DNA of 64,000 nt, taken from positions 930,001 to 994,000 of the forward strand of contig NC_087245.1 in the NCBI RefSeq assembly GCF_037042905.1. Reading direction: 5' to 3'. The notes beneath the pieces are model-generated. The model saw only the letters and a list, made by a program, of their open reading frames with translations. It was not told where the DNA came from and searched no databases. This stretch comes from Lytechinus pictus. Lineage: Eukaryota. Positions 36,327-50,100 of the stretch are shown here, in pieces; within the stretch, counting starts at the first letter, position 1; each line of letters opens with the position of its first letter. Both the position numbers and the translations under genes were made by a program.

Positions 36327-39300
36327 CATGCAATTGATCATAAAAGGCAATGTGGTTCACTCATAATTTCTGACCAAAATGACGTCATTGGAGGATGCTA
36401 GAGGGCGGATATTTTTTTTATTATTGTTTTTTTTTATTTTAGCCTTTCTACAGACATTCTTAAATCGATGTGTATTGGGTTGCAGCGAACGTTAATTTTT
36501 CATATCATGTGATACACTTTTATGTTATGTATCATAATCATGATTAATACGTCAACCAGCATATTGTATAGACGTATGCAATGTTTTACTATAATCGGAT
36601 TTAACAACACCAATACATCTGAAGCGAGGCTACACTACATGCCATCTTGCTCAAACAAAGAAATGAATTACTCATTTTCATTCCATTGCGCATTGTCGCT
36701 CTTCATTAATATTCGCTTTGGACAATTTGCATATGAATACGACAAAGAAAACGAGTAATGATGGTCAATAAGAATCCACTCATTGTTCTGCCGCATGTTT
36801 TGTGGTTGTTAATATAAATCGTATAGAAAAGACAATATCATGCAGTTAGACCATTTATAGTAAACAAGCGGTAGTTTGTATGCTAATTAGCTTGAGGAAA
36901 TCGATAAGATTCGCCAATGACTTAGGGAATATTGTCCACATTACTGCATGTTTTATGTGATTTATTCTCGAAACGATAGGTACATCTACATAGGCATCTA
37001 CATTATAAATTACTTTACAGGCAGACAGACATCAGTTCAAATATATCCCATTATCAGAATTATAGATATATTTCGTCATTGACATTATGAGATCTGCAGT
37101 CTGCACACTAATATTATGTACACTATTTATAATAATTGCTACATGGTTTCACAATCATACATGTAGCCAAACGTAATGTGTTTCCCATGTACATAGTTTA
37201 AATAGTAAAAAGTGAATGTCATAACTTAGCTGCTGTCTCTACGTAAACATATATTTGGATAGATATTATGAAATAATTTTAACGAATATCTTTCAATTTG
37301 GGAGGATTTTTTAAATATATATTTTTAATAGTGTTTATTTATCATTCAGTACAAAAAACATACATAATCTGAAACATATACATAATACATAATCTAATAA
37401 AATATTACCCCAAAACAACATAATGTAACAATTGATATTGCATTTGCGCAAAAATATATATATATATCATGAGTTACAAGCGTTTCAGAAGATAGCATTC
37501 AAAGAATTTAAAACTGGGTAAAAACCCAGTCTGATAATACAAAACATATCATAAAATGAGCTTGCAGCTATATGAATGAGTATTGACTCATGTTGAATGG
37601 TAAAGTATGCTGAAAAGATCACAGAAAAAAGACATTAAAGACATTGAATAAAACATAGCAACAAATATTTGCAAATAAAATTTCTTTACACACTTGTTTA
37701 TATTTTTAGATGGTACTTTGTCCATTCGTTTATATTAGTCAGAGGTGGTTAATTTAGGATGGATTTTGAGGGTCATATTCTGGTTAAGGGAGTATCTTCT
37801 TTGTGGTGTATTAATCATTGCTAGCTTGTATCAATCATACATAGGCGGCAGTGACACGCCCTTTGAAATGTATCCACTATCTATTTCTTCTCGTATGTCA
37901 TCTTAAATCATTAGGCTTTTGATACAGACCTCAAATAAATCTTGAATGATAGAATGTTAAGTTGTTCATTAAGGCATACGAATGTATTGTATTTTTAAAG
38001 GGAAATACAAAACAAGAAAAACAAATCTAAATTTGTAATGATACCATACTAGGCCTATATATGTTTTATTCAAATCTTAAAATATACGTTCTTACGGTTT
38101 TGCAGCTGGATTTATTACTTTATGAATTTAACAAGATTAAAAAGTTTACATCAATAGAACTATATTTGCTCTTGAGTTGTAACATGATGATATAAGCACA
38201 CGCTGTAGATATGTATAGATTTAATGTATAGCTATAAAATGATTTACTGACTTGTATTATTTTATAGTATTATTATGTCAAGCTCTCGAAGCTGTTGAAT
38301 TTGACATTTCTCAAAGTGATTTTGGTGTACGTTTATAATTAGCTTCAGTCCCATAATGGTTAGTTTGAAAAGGCAACGCAACTTTACTCCCTAGAAAGAG
38401 TATTCAAAATTCAAGGACTGGAAATTGCCCCAATGGAAAATATTCAGAATAGTACTGAGTGGGTCTGTGACCTTAGAATACCTTGATTGAGTCCATGTAA
38501 TTACGACGACCCCACTTGGCTAATTGATTGAATTATTTTGATTATGGGGTGTCAATAAGGAAAGGATGTATTCTACACTTGTATGGTTGACCTCATCATA
38601 GACTTTTACTTGGTTGCCTGGTGGGTCCCCAGTCATATCATATTGCTATTTGATTTGTGCTTTCCTGTAGGAATACATTCAGGAAATCCAATGCTATTAA
38701 GAAAAGAATGAGTTGAGTTGAGGTTACCTTGATGAGATTGGTCAAACCCAAGACATCTTTTTGTCCATGACTGACAAATACTTAGCATGTGTCACTCAGT
38801 TTAATGTACACACTCTCAAGTCAAACTTGTATATTTTTGAAATATTGAACAGTGTCTTGTAGAACAAGGGAGAGAAATTCATTTTTTCTATTGGAATACA
38901 CATTGAAAGCTCGAAAATACTATATAATTTTCAACATTAATTAGTAAGGAAAATCCATATAGATATTGCATGAGGGTTATCTGTCTAGTTCTATATTGAT
39001 AAATGTCAGAGCCCTATTAATTGAATTCTCTGCATAGCCGATATTACTTTCACTTAGCCATGTTAGATCTATTTTCATAAATCAAAATTCACGTACAATT
39101 AATGAACCATTACCTTTCAATTCATTTTATTATTCAATTTAAAATGGCCTTACACTATGCGTCCATCTCGGACTCTCGGTAATTAGATGTGTCGAGACGA
39201 ACACCCTTTTGTTATCATAATCAAACAAAATCATTTCATTGTGACAACAATCACGGCAAGCTGGCATTGATACAGCTGCCTAAAACACTGCTCTTGCTAA

Positions 39301-39695
39301 TTGCCTCGAATGACATTAGTTTTGTCTGTAAAAGTGCTTCTGCCTCTCTATATTTATCCCCAGCTCGTGTCCAATATTATTATTTATCTATTACCCAGAT
39401 GAATTCTCGCTTACACGTAATTTGAAAATGACATGAGGAGGGGAGGTAAGTGACATTGCATACTTCAAATTATCAACTCAATGCTTGTCTCTATCATAGA
39501 GGCTTATGCTTTTCAATTGTATTTTGTCGTCAATCTGATTTAAGATTCATCTAAAAGTCATTGCCATTTGATCCGTTATCTCAACATGTTCAGAAAATAT
39601 GACATTTGCTCAGAAAGTCACGAAAAGCTGACGCTGTGTTTATGATTAGTGCATTATATATTAGTTTGCTCTTGTGATTTTTTTTTAATCCTTAA

Positions 39696-40295
39696 AGGAC
39701 AAGTCCACCCCAACAAAATATCTATTTGAATAAAAAGAGAAAAATCCAACGAGCATGACACTGGAAATGTCATCAAAATCGGATTTAAATGAGAAAGTTA
39801 TGACATTTTAAAGTTTCGCTTAATTTCACATAATAGTTATATGCACATCCCGGTCGGTATGCAAATGAGGGAACTGATGACATCACTCACTCACTTTTTC
39901 TTTTGTATTCTATTGCGTGAAATATGAAATATTCTTTTCTTCTCATTGTCCTGTGAAACAAAGTTTTATTTCTCCCAAACAAGTGGAATTACGATTATTT
40001 AATATTATATGCTTCAGGCCAAGTTGGTCCTTATTGTCAAATCTGTAAAAATTGAAATATTGTATAATTCAAACAATAAAGAACAAAATAAATAGTGAGT
40101 GAGGGACATCATCGATTCTCTCATTTGCATGTGACTAAATTGTGCATATAACTATTTTGAGAAAAATAAGCCAATTAAACTATAAAATGTCATAACTTTC
40201 TTATTTCACAACCGATTTTGATGAAATTTTCAGCATTATGCTTGTCTAATTTTTCTTTTATTTAAATCATCATTTTTATGAGGTGAACTTGACCT
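39696..40295. mobile_element. Kolobok-type non-autonomous DNA transposon with ~230-bp imperfect TIRs
   Basis: TTAA|AGGACAAGTCCACC ... GGTGAACTTGACCT|TTCA. The arms share CATCAAAATCGG, AAAGTTATGACATTTTA, AATAGTTATATGCACA, ATGCAAATGAG and CTCACTCACT in inverted orientation. Confidence 0.85.
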
Positions 40296-43200
40296 TTCAT
40301 TCAACAAGCCTGGGACACCATGCTATCATCATTCAGTAATACATTTGGTTTATATAAAAATAAAAACACAAATTTGGGGGTAAAATTCTATTGTTTTCCA
40401 TTGTGCTCTATAGCAAAAATGACATGTTGAAATATCATGTAGTGAAAACCCCCTATACTGAACATAATATTTGAAACAAAGGAAATGGCAAATTATGATT
40501 ACCCGGTACGATATAATTCTGTTTTCCTTTGTCCGTTTCCAATTCCATGTTCATTCTAATATTACCCGGGCTATTGCGTGAAATGGAGTGAAATGTCATC
40601 ACATCACGTTTATGATATATTACACATCTTAAACATTCTTACTGAAGTACATGTTAGACTTATATATTGATTGCAATGCTGAATCATAATTATCATATCG
40701 CACTTTAAATACCAATTGAGGGGGGGGGGGAGATGATTGGTTAATTTCTTTGATATAGTTTGAATACTTGTTAAGCCCCAAAACAAAGCTCTCATCTATC
40801 TCTTCACACATTTTGATAGAAATATTATTATTTTTAATATAAAATTTAAATACTCAGTATTCTGATTTGAGGAAATTCTTTTTTTTTTTCAATGAAAAGT
40901 GGGTTTAGCCACTTTGATATCTTCTACATTATGTTCATGCATATTGGTATATATAGAAACGAGTATTGATATTGAGTTTATTAGCATCATCATTAAACAT
41001 AATGAATGGTGATATATATCCATGTTAGGCATCTCACACTAAACTTGAAGGCAGCTTATCATAAACATTGGCATCTGTTAAATTGGCTTGGTGAGCTCGA
41101 TACCATACGTTGATGAATATTAACTTACCTTTATGGCCGACTAATATACAATATGTATGTAAGTGAAGATAGCCATACACCCACATGCTTTCAAGGTTCA
41201 AGTCTGGACTCTGATGAGAAAGAATAAAATCGTACCGAGTCTCTTTTAATAATTTTAGGATAAAAAAAAAAGGATGAAATGTTGTGAGATTTAAGAGTGG
41301 AATGTTGAAATGCTGTATTGAATTCTGCCTTCCCGGACCTTGTTCTTTTTCGAAATCAATGTCACGTGTTTCTTTTTTAATTGGGGATGGGTGGGAAAAG
41401 AATATTTATCGCACACCAAAGTCAATATGAATTTGGATTGCCAGGAGATGCTGAATATTTCAAGGGAAATGAAATAGATGTAAAAGCCTAAAGTATCTCA
41501 TATCATGTGTGAATAATACTTTGGGGCTTGTGTCCACCGAAGTACACGAATTAATTCTGATTGGAAGACTAGACTCTCTGGTTCTTTCTCATTAATTAGC
41601 CTCGCCTCCATTTGACTGAGATGTGCATATTGCCATTTGTGTGCGTTTTTAATATGTGATAAGTGTGAGCATGTGCGTGTGTGTCGATCTGCTATGCGTA
41701 ATGAGATCTTGCTAGTGGATGTATGTGCGTGGTCGATGTGTGCGTGTCTAAGGCGTGTGTGTATGTAATATGACTAAGCAATAGTTAATCTTGACATTGC
41801 CAATTTGTGTAATTTTTTAGGTATTAGCTTTTAAGTCTGACCTTCTGCAAGGCATTCGCTTGGATCAGTTTTATTGCAGGATTAATAGGTGTGCCTATTT
41901 ACCTGTATATCAGATCAAAAGGAAATTTGACATTCGCACAAACAATTTCAATATTCAAAAATGTTGATAGCAATATAAAAACCCAACCAGGGTAATGTAT
42001 TCTTATAGAATGTTAAATAACTATATGAGCGAACCCAGGTAGCAATTGAAGTAAGACAATTTAATAACAATAATTAATTATACGAATAGTAAGAAATCAT
42101 AGAGTTGGCACTACTGTGAATTGCACCTTTACATCTATAGTAGTTCCCACCTTTCTAATACTCTTATTTACTTTTCTGCTACGGTCTTTTGTCCCGAATC
42201 CGACCCTATGTTTACACATATTTTCTGCCAGGTTTGTGTCTTTTCAGAGTCAATAGTTCATATTTACCTTTCATCATACTTTAAACGCACCCTTAATATC
42301 TAATGGGGCACAACAAAACTCAGAGACTCATTTTTTTAACAATGTCTATGAATGGTACATACGGGAATATTTAATAAGACATAGAAAATGAATATATTAA
42401 CAGGTATTACCAAGTACTAAGGATAGATTTGCGTAAATGTTTTTAATGATGATTGTTTGTAGGTTTCTCAAAGATGACATAACTATTGTTATTAGCATCA
42501 TCACAATCATAAGTATAAATGTAATAAGGCAACAGTTGTAGAAAGCTGAAACTTAATTTAGTGCATTTTTTAAGAAAAACAATTTCTAAATACATCAAGG
42601 AAAATTATATTAATATTGTAATGTTGTATATGCAATACAAATGTTAAAAAATGCAACATAAACTAAGTAACAAACAAACATTTATTTTACTCGTACCCCC
42701 AAACAAATTAATAAAAAATAAAAATAAAAATGATAGTAAGAAACCACGAGAAACTGAAGATACATCGTAATCTGATATTTACATATAGGGGACGAGAATT
42801 AGATTTCTTTTTGTTACAGTATTATTGTTCAAAATATGAGTCACACTATTGTGTTCATAGTCGGATATTTACTGTCTAGAAATTTCAAATACTTTAAAAG
42901 ATTTTTTTTTTTTTTTTTTCAAGACGAAAATAGTTGTATTGAGATCAAATAAATTGACTTTTAACTACAATGTTCGAATCGACGAGGCCAAATTTTACAA
43001 ATACATATCAGTGGATTTCTTATTCGCAGTATTATTATTCATGTATTCACTGTGAATTTTAAACTTAATGAATAGGTCGTGATGACGTACTATGTAGTTC
43101 ATTTCTCTTTTATCACACTCTGTCAGTGAATTTTGAATAAAAGTAATGAATAAATTTTGGTTTTTCGTAATAAGCATTGATGAATCTTGACAAGCAGACA

Positions 43201-45309
43201 TAAAACATGGTGTGAGGTTCATAGAATACTATAAAGGCATGATCATAATTGCATTCCTTCTGTCACTCCAAAATGCTTTTTAAAGATAAACCAATTTCGT
43301 TATCAGCATGTCTCGGATCATTTCTGTCTCGTGGAGTGTGGACCTCATCTTGTGTTTAATTTCACCAACTCGTACGTTTGACAAGCATACACCGAATTAC
43401 AATAGATGGGACTGTACTGTCAATCTCGACGTGCAATAACACATGTTTCAATTATATTGCTGTATCCCATGCTACCTGGCCTGTAAGTAGTTGTCTCATG
43501 TGATTAAGGAAGGGGTGTGGCCGGGGGGGGGGGGGCAGATATGGGACGGTTGGATGGATGGGCAGGGATGGTCCCCATAGTTGATTTTAATATGTCTTCG
43601 AAGAACATTTGTTATGATTTCTATGCTAAATTAAAGACTTTTCACCTGAAATTGCTTAACGGGGTCGCAGCAAGAAGGGGGCTGGCTGGACGAAAAGAGG
43701 GGGGAGGGGCAAACATTACAAAACGATTCTCTGAGTCCTAGCATGTAAAGCAAATATATTTATTTCTCATTATTGAATGCATTTAATTTAACGGGGCGTT
43801 ACACGATATTAATATATAGGCCTGCCTTTTCTTGCAAGCACCTCGGGGAAGTACCCCCAAAGTACCCTCGATTTACGGGAGTTACCTTCTCATCTGATGA
43901 TATAGTACTATACTCGTTCTCTAGACCTACCCAACACCTGATGACGTCAATTCACTCGCAAACAATGTCAGCTTTTATATATTGTATTATATTGCTGATA
44001 AAAAAAGCCACAAACTGAATAGGGAGAGGGGATATATGTATAAAGTGAAACCGACAAACATCCCATTTCTTTTTGCTTTATTATAGTTTTCTGTTTATAG
44101 GTTTTGTAGTGATTAGTAATCCTTTTCACGCACCGTACGGGACTACAGATGGATGAATATTTACCAAACTACACTTTCACAAGTCGATGGGGGGGGGGGG
44201 GGGCATTCGAATGAATATGTTTGACGCTTTTACATGTAATTTCGCAGATGATCCGAAATCAATACTAATTGCATTGATTACATTGTAATCGATCGTATAA
44301 ACTTATAGCATAGGATTAAACATTAAAGTTTGTGTACGTACGTGACTGGGGATGCAATCTGTTTGATTTCAATTCATGTGTGCTGATTTATGAATTTGAT
44401 TCAGTGATCGAATCACTTCATTTTGTATAAAGGGATTCTATATTCAGCTTTATGAATATATTGATTGCTTATGATGATATTCTAATGACACGAAACTAGG
44501 AGTTGCTAAAAATGATTAAATACTTTTGATGAAACTTATTGCAGGTGTAATTATAATGAATTATCTCCTATCGTAAACGTGGCAATTTTTTTAAACCTTA
44601 AAGAATAAATCTTATTAGGTGTTCTTAGGTTACGACCGTTAGATCCCGTTGAAGTCTTAGGCCTTTCTGTTCCGTGTCGTTCAGCATCCCTAAATTATTT
44701 GCAAGTACATACATCATTTGCATGATCGTGTCATCAAAATGTTGATAAGGAAATGAATGAAGTGGATTATTATTTTTTCCAAAACACAAACTTTGCATAC
44801 ACGCGTGTGATAATTATTTTTACATGGACTCTTCTTCAAATTCACATCATATTAAATTATTTCTGCTATACTTTAGGCTTATGAAGCTATCTTGATCGCT
44901 GTGTTTTTCATGAGAACTTAATAATCCATGTTTGCATTACTACGGTCCTATGTGACCAACAACTCTATTCAATATGGCTCCTACACAAAACCTCCCTGTC
45001 CAAAGATCTCATTCCACGTCGTTGTTTAACATAAAGAACGAGGTGCAGAAGAGAGAAGGGAAACTTGATCCTGGGGTGTTTTAAATGTCAAAAGGCTAAG
45101 CTACAAATAAAGCAATAGAATGAAGCTTTAGCTGCCCCGAACCTGACCTCAAAATCATTCAAGAGACACAGAATTGTATGTGGGACGAACATAATACATT
45201 TTTTTTCTATTTCTGTCGTTGGGGGTCAGAAGTTGTCTTAATGTTTATATAAGTTTTCTTTGTTTTGTATTTATTTGTTTATTTTATTGAAGCCAATTCA
45301 TGTTTATTG

Positions 45310-45346
45310 GTGTGTATGCGTGTGTGTGTGTGTGTATGTGTGTGTG
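45310..45346 (+). repeat. (TG)n microsatellite
   Basis: Directly visible. Confidence 0.9.
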
Positions 45347-45973
45347 GATGAACCTGGAGTGCACTTGACTATAAAAAAGAAGTATCTACCATGTCTACGA
45401 AGGTCAACTGACAGGTTTCGCCTGGTGTAACATTGCCCTTTTAGTGTTGATGTAACCGAAATATACCTCGCGTTTATTACTACAACGACGAAACTTATCT
45501 CGACATATTTTTTTACAACTTTGTGTACACACTCTGTGATCTTGAATTTTCAGTTATATGATACTGTGAATATTTCAGTTTGAATATAGGCAGTGTTACA
45601 CTATTGATACAGCATGTTCAGGGCGAGGGTTATCCGTCCCCTTCAAATTGTCCACCCGAATGAGAAGCAATCTGTGACCTTGCATGTAATGTAAGTAATG
45701 TAATTCGGTAATGAATCCGTGCACCCCCTACTGTTCTAGGCCAAAACTTTCAGACATGAAAATGAAAATAGAAAAATTCACAAAGTAGGGCCAATGAAGT
45801 TTACGTACAACATTCACCAAGATGTCAGTAAATTGACACTTTCATTGTTCCTTCTATTGGCAGTCCCTGAGATAATGATGCGAGTAATGGTATACATCCC
45901 ATCTCTCCTCACATACAGTGTGATATATACACGCACACCCACCTACACACACCCTCGCACCCACCCCCACACA

Positions 45974-46007
<34 letters not shown>

Positions 46008-46917
46008 GGGGGGGGGGGCTGTTTGGACCACAATACACTTGCATGTTTCACCTAGGAACTGATACCCAAATTATATTTCACACTTCAGTTGCTGAAAAAG
46101 GTCGCCTCAGTCAAGATAATAATTTGATGCATCATTTCATTGTAAATATGATTTATTACGAAAGTAACTTTGATGATTTGTGGAATTTGGGTAAATTAAT
46201 AAATAAATAAATGAATAAATTTTCATTTAAGATGCAACGTAGATGATATTGATTTTTATTTCTATGCGTTTTGCTGATCAGAGGCAGAATTTCGAATTTG
46301 AAACATATAATAGACCTATCGTCTTTCTATACTTGGAAGTCTGGTACATGTATGAATACATTTGAAGATAATTCAAAAGTAAATGATCGGAGAAAAACAA
46401 AGGTTTCATCAGTGCCACGTTAATAACATAATCTTAGATCAATTTGACGAGAATGATCACCGTAACATATATTTTCAACAATCGTTTACTTTCAACGTTA
46501 TGGAATAAAAATTTAACTCTTCAAAGAAATCATACAGACTGAAAAAAAAGATCAGGAAATCGTTTACGATGTAGGATATTTGCAATGTAAGGGTGACGCA
46601 AACGACTAGCCTGTATGTATCGGCACAACCTAGTTGAGATTTAATTCAATCTGTATAGCACTCGCATGGCGTTTCAGCAAATATTACAAGTTATTAAACG
46701 GATTAGCGTTCGTGCCGTGGCCTGTGTATTGCTGCACCCAAGCTGGAGGATTTGTTTTGCAAAATGTGCGGGGTGTATGGATTGGAATATTTCAATTAAA
46801 GCGGAATTAGGAACCTTTGCATTTGGTTTTATATTTTATTATTGAAGGAATATGAAGTGGAAAAGTATTCATTTGATTTTGATTTTATTTCAGAAAATTA
46901 CTACCTTTAATTGATTA

Positions 46918-47119
46918 CACAGTAAAAAGGCTATTTGAAGTTTTATATAACACCGTTTACTATATAAAACCATACAGTAGTTTAACAGTGTAAACAAACA
47001 TTCTTGATTTATTGAGAATTAAGTGTTAAGATATAAACTTTGTTGTTTAATATTTTAAACTGTACAGTTTTATATAGTAAACATCTCTGTATAAAACTTT
47101 TAACAGCGTTTTTGCTGTG
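46918..47119. mobile_element. Palindromic MITE with CACAG termini and TA flanks
   Basis: TA|CACAGTAAAAAGGCT...AGCGTTTTTGCTGTG|TA. About 60 bp of imperfect TIR, including GTTTACTATATAAAAC / GTTTTATATAGTAAAC. Confidence 0.8.
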
Positions 47120-50100
47120 TAAACCTTTTAAATGATCACGTACAATGTAATACCTGTGTAGCAGTTAAAAGGAAAACATGGATTATTTCAAAACATGGAC
47201 AATTATTCTTTTTTAAATACACGTATCATGTAAGTCGGGAGTTGAGACTCATGCTTGAAGACGAGGATTGTCCTTTGATGTGTGGTTCAAACTGATTATC
47301 ATGATCCGGAGACCATATGGGGATGAACTCATTAATGATTAATGACTTAGTCAGACCATAGGGATTTTCCTACCTAAAATTTGCATGTTGAAAATGACTA
47401 ATCCTTGATTATGCATTTACAACATGTAAAAGGGGCAAACTATATTCTATATAAACCCGCAGAGACTGTTGATTGGAACATTTCACACCCTGTGCCGTCT
47501 GCGACTTCACAGCCTCATTAAGCTTAGAGTGGAATATTTTATCGTTGTTCAAGCGGATATTTACTATTTAACAATTTCAAATCACTAAAAGGACTATTTT
47601 CCACATAGGCAAATAAACCGATAAATAAAAAACAGAATGAAGGAGAAACATAATCTTAGCTATGTCAATTATATATTGGGTTAATGAACTGGCAAGATTT
47701 CTTTTAACTGAGGCATATATAGACTTGAGATCCCACTTTATCATCCATTCATGAAGTTAATTTCTTTCTTCAATGGTGCCATGTTTGTATTGAAGCATGC
47801 ATGTATTCCGGATATAATTCTTTGAAGGGCATGACATTAATTTCAACTATAGGAAAGTGTCACTGTCTCATGGTCAAATATTAGTATGATTACTCAAATC
47901 CCAAGGAAATCTATGAATTCGATCAAAAAATGCAAAGTAATGCTGTCTCGATACACTCAATTATATGGTATCGTTGTGTCTTATTTATATCAATGTTAAA
48001 AACTCGGTTACCTTTAATGTTCAATTGATTTAATGTCCTATGTTATGTAGAATGTTTGAATTGGAAAAAAAAATCATGAATCACGATTGAAGATGGCGTA
48101 TGAAATGTTATTGCCATTCTTTCCGTTTCATTATGAGTAAACATAGGTATAATATTAATATTTAAACCAGCAACGAGGAAGAACTCAATAATTTTGATAA
48201 ATATTTGGATGATCTTCATATCGCAATAACCATTATTAACATGTTTTTATAGGATAGAGTCTGGCAAATTACTGTTTGGTTATACGTCAAAAAGTATTTA
48301 CAACCAAGTACTATGCAACGTATCTGTTATTGAAGTGTATGTAGTCCCACGTGTTACTCATCGTGTAATGTTGTCCAGATCGTAATTGGCATTCTTGCAT
48401 TGCTCTCTCATCGTGCGGAATACACCAGTGTTATCTAATGTTTAATCTAGACTGGTGTGCGAGTGTGTACCCCTCTAATCAGCCATTCTTCCCCTTTGTC
48501 GTCAGTACCGTATCATCTCAACTGACTCATCCCCACAGTCCTCATTATCTCAAAAGTTGCTACCCTGGAAGAAATGTGTCCTCCGTAGATTATCCATTGC
48601 CCTTTTTACAGGATGATATATGTATATAGGTCTTGATTGTGGTAGATTCCTTCATTTTGAACCATTGGTTTCAAAACCCCATCTATATAGCAACATGTCA
48701 TGTGATGAAGGTCGTGCTTCCATTCTTTGAATCTGTAATAAACATGATGGATGTGAATTTTTGTGAGGGAATCTGGGTTTGAATGATGCATTCCAAAATC
48801 CAATTGGAGCATTTTTTAAGATTTATGTAAGGGCTAAATTTATATCATAATTTGCTCAACTTGACAATCGTGTAATTTCTAAAAAGGGACTATATTCCCT
48901 GGAGACATTATTTCCTTTAACAATCGTGGATAGGACGATTAATTTTTCAGTTACAACGGCCGGGCATTCGCTTGAAGCAATCAGTGAAGTTGAGGCAATG
49001 GCTTTAGAGCATAAAACCAGAGTTTCCTCCCACCAATCTTTGGCTTTCCGTTAGAAAATGCCGAAAAGGGAGATCCTTCCTCTTTCTTCATCATCTTTTC
49101 ATCTCCTTGTTCATGAAAGCTTTGAAATTATGAGTCATGAAGTTAGCTGTCCCTTGCGTCGTGTAGATGGTAGTCAACCAGCTGTTACGGTCGCTAGTGT
49201 TGTCCCATACATAAAATCACATGTGTGTCTGTTCGTACGCAGTAATATTCTATTACTATTAGGTTTTATGAAATTTCTGCATAGGAATAGTACCCTTGAC
49301 AAAATAGTAGTACTGTTTGTAAGACCAAAAGGAAAACATATTGAGTATATTGATTATACGAACAAATTAAAATAGTATGTAGGCCTACTGGCCTATGTTA
49401 AGATGACAATGGTTACCCTGCTAATTATGTAGGCCTATATGTAGCCTGAAGGGTTGCTATACGACGTGGACATGTTTGAAGGCCGAATCGAATTTTCCAG
49501 ACTCTAATTGTTATTAACAATAAACATAATCATTGCCCAAATAGCCTCCTAAAGTATTATACGCCATCGCAATAACATTTCAAAAAAAGTCATGAAAGGC
49601 GTAATCATAGTTCTATTACAAATGAATGACAATCATAGAAAGGGAGAAATAAGGTTTTTAGAATGCAAATCGTTATATTTCAGCAGTACATCTACTAGAA
49701 GTGATTCATCTTAATCCCTGCGCTTTTATCCTTTTATGGCGTCAAACGAAGCGCCAATATCGATGGTTTTGTTTGTTATGTAATGGATTCGATGTGAAAG
49801 ACAAAATGGGCGCTTTTGGCAAAGATAGGCTGAAGCCACTAGAGGTTTACACCTTCATGGTAAACATGGTAAAGCTATGTACATTATCCAGTCGTAAGTG
49901 GATCGATATTCGTGTTACCGATACTATTAGGGTGTTGAGGCATATCTGAATGGGAGTCAATCTGTTCCATTATCAAAGGCAGTACCGACATTGTCTCATA
50001 ATGTGAATGCTGTATATAGTAGACCTTGTAATGGGAAGAGCTGGTTACTTGTCAGTGGTGATGATCCACTGAATTAAATACTTGTTTGAAGAAAATATGC

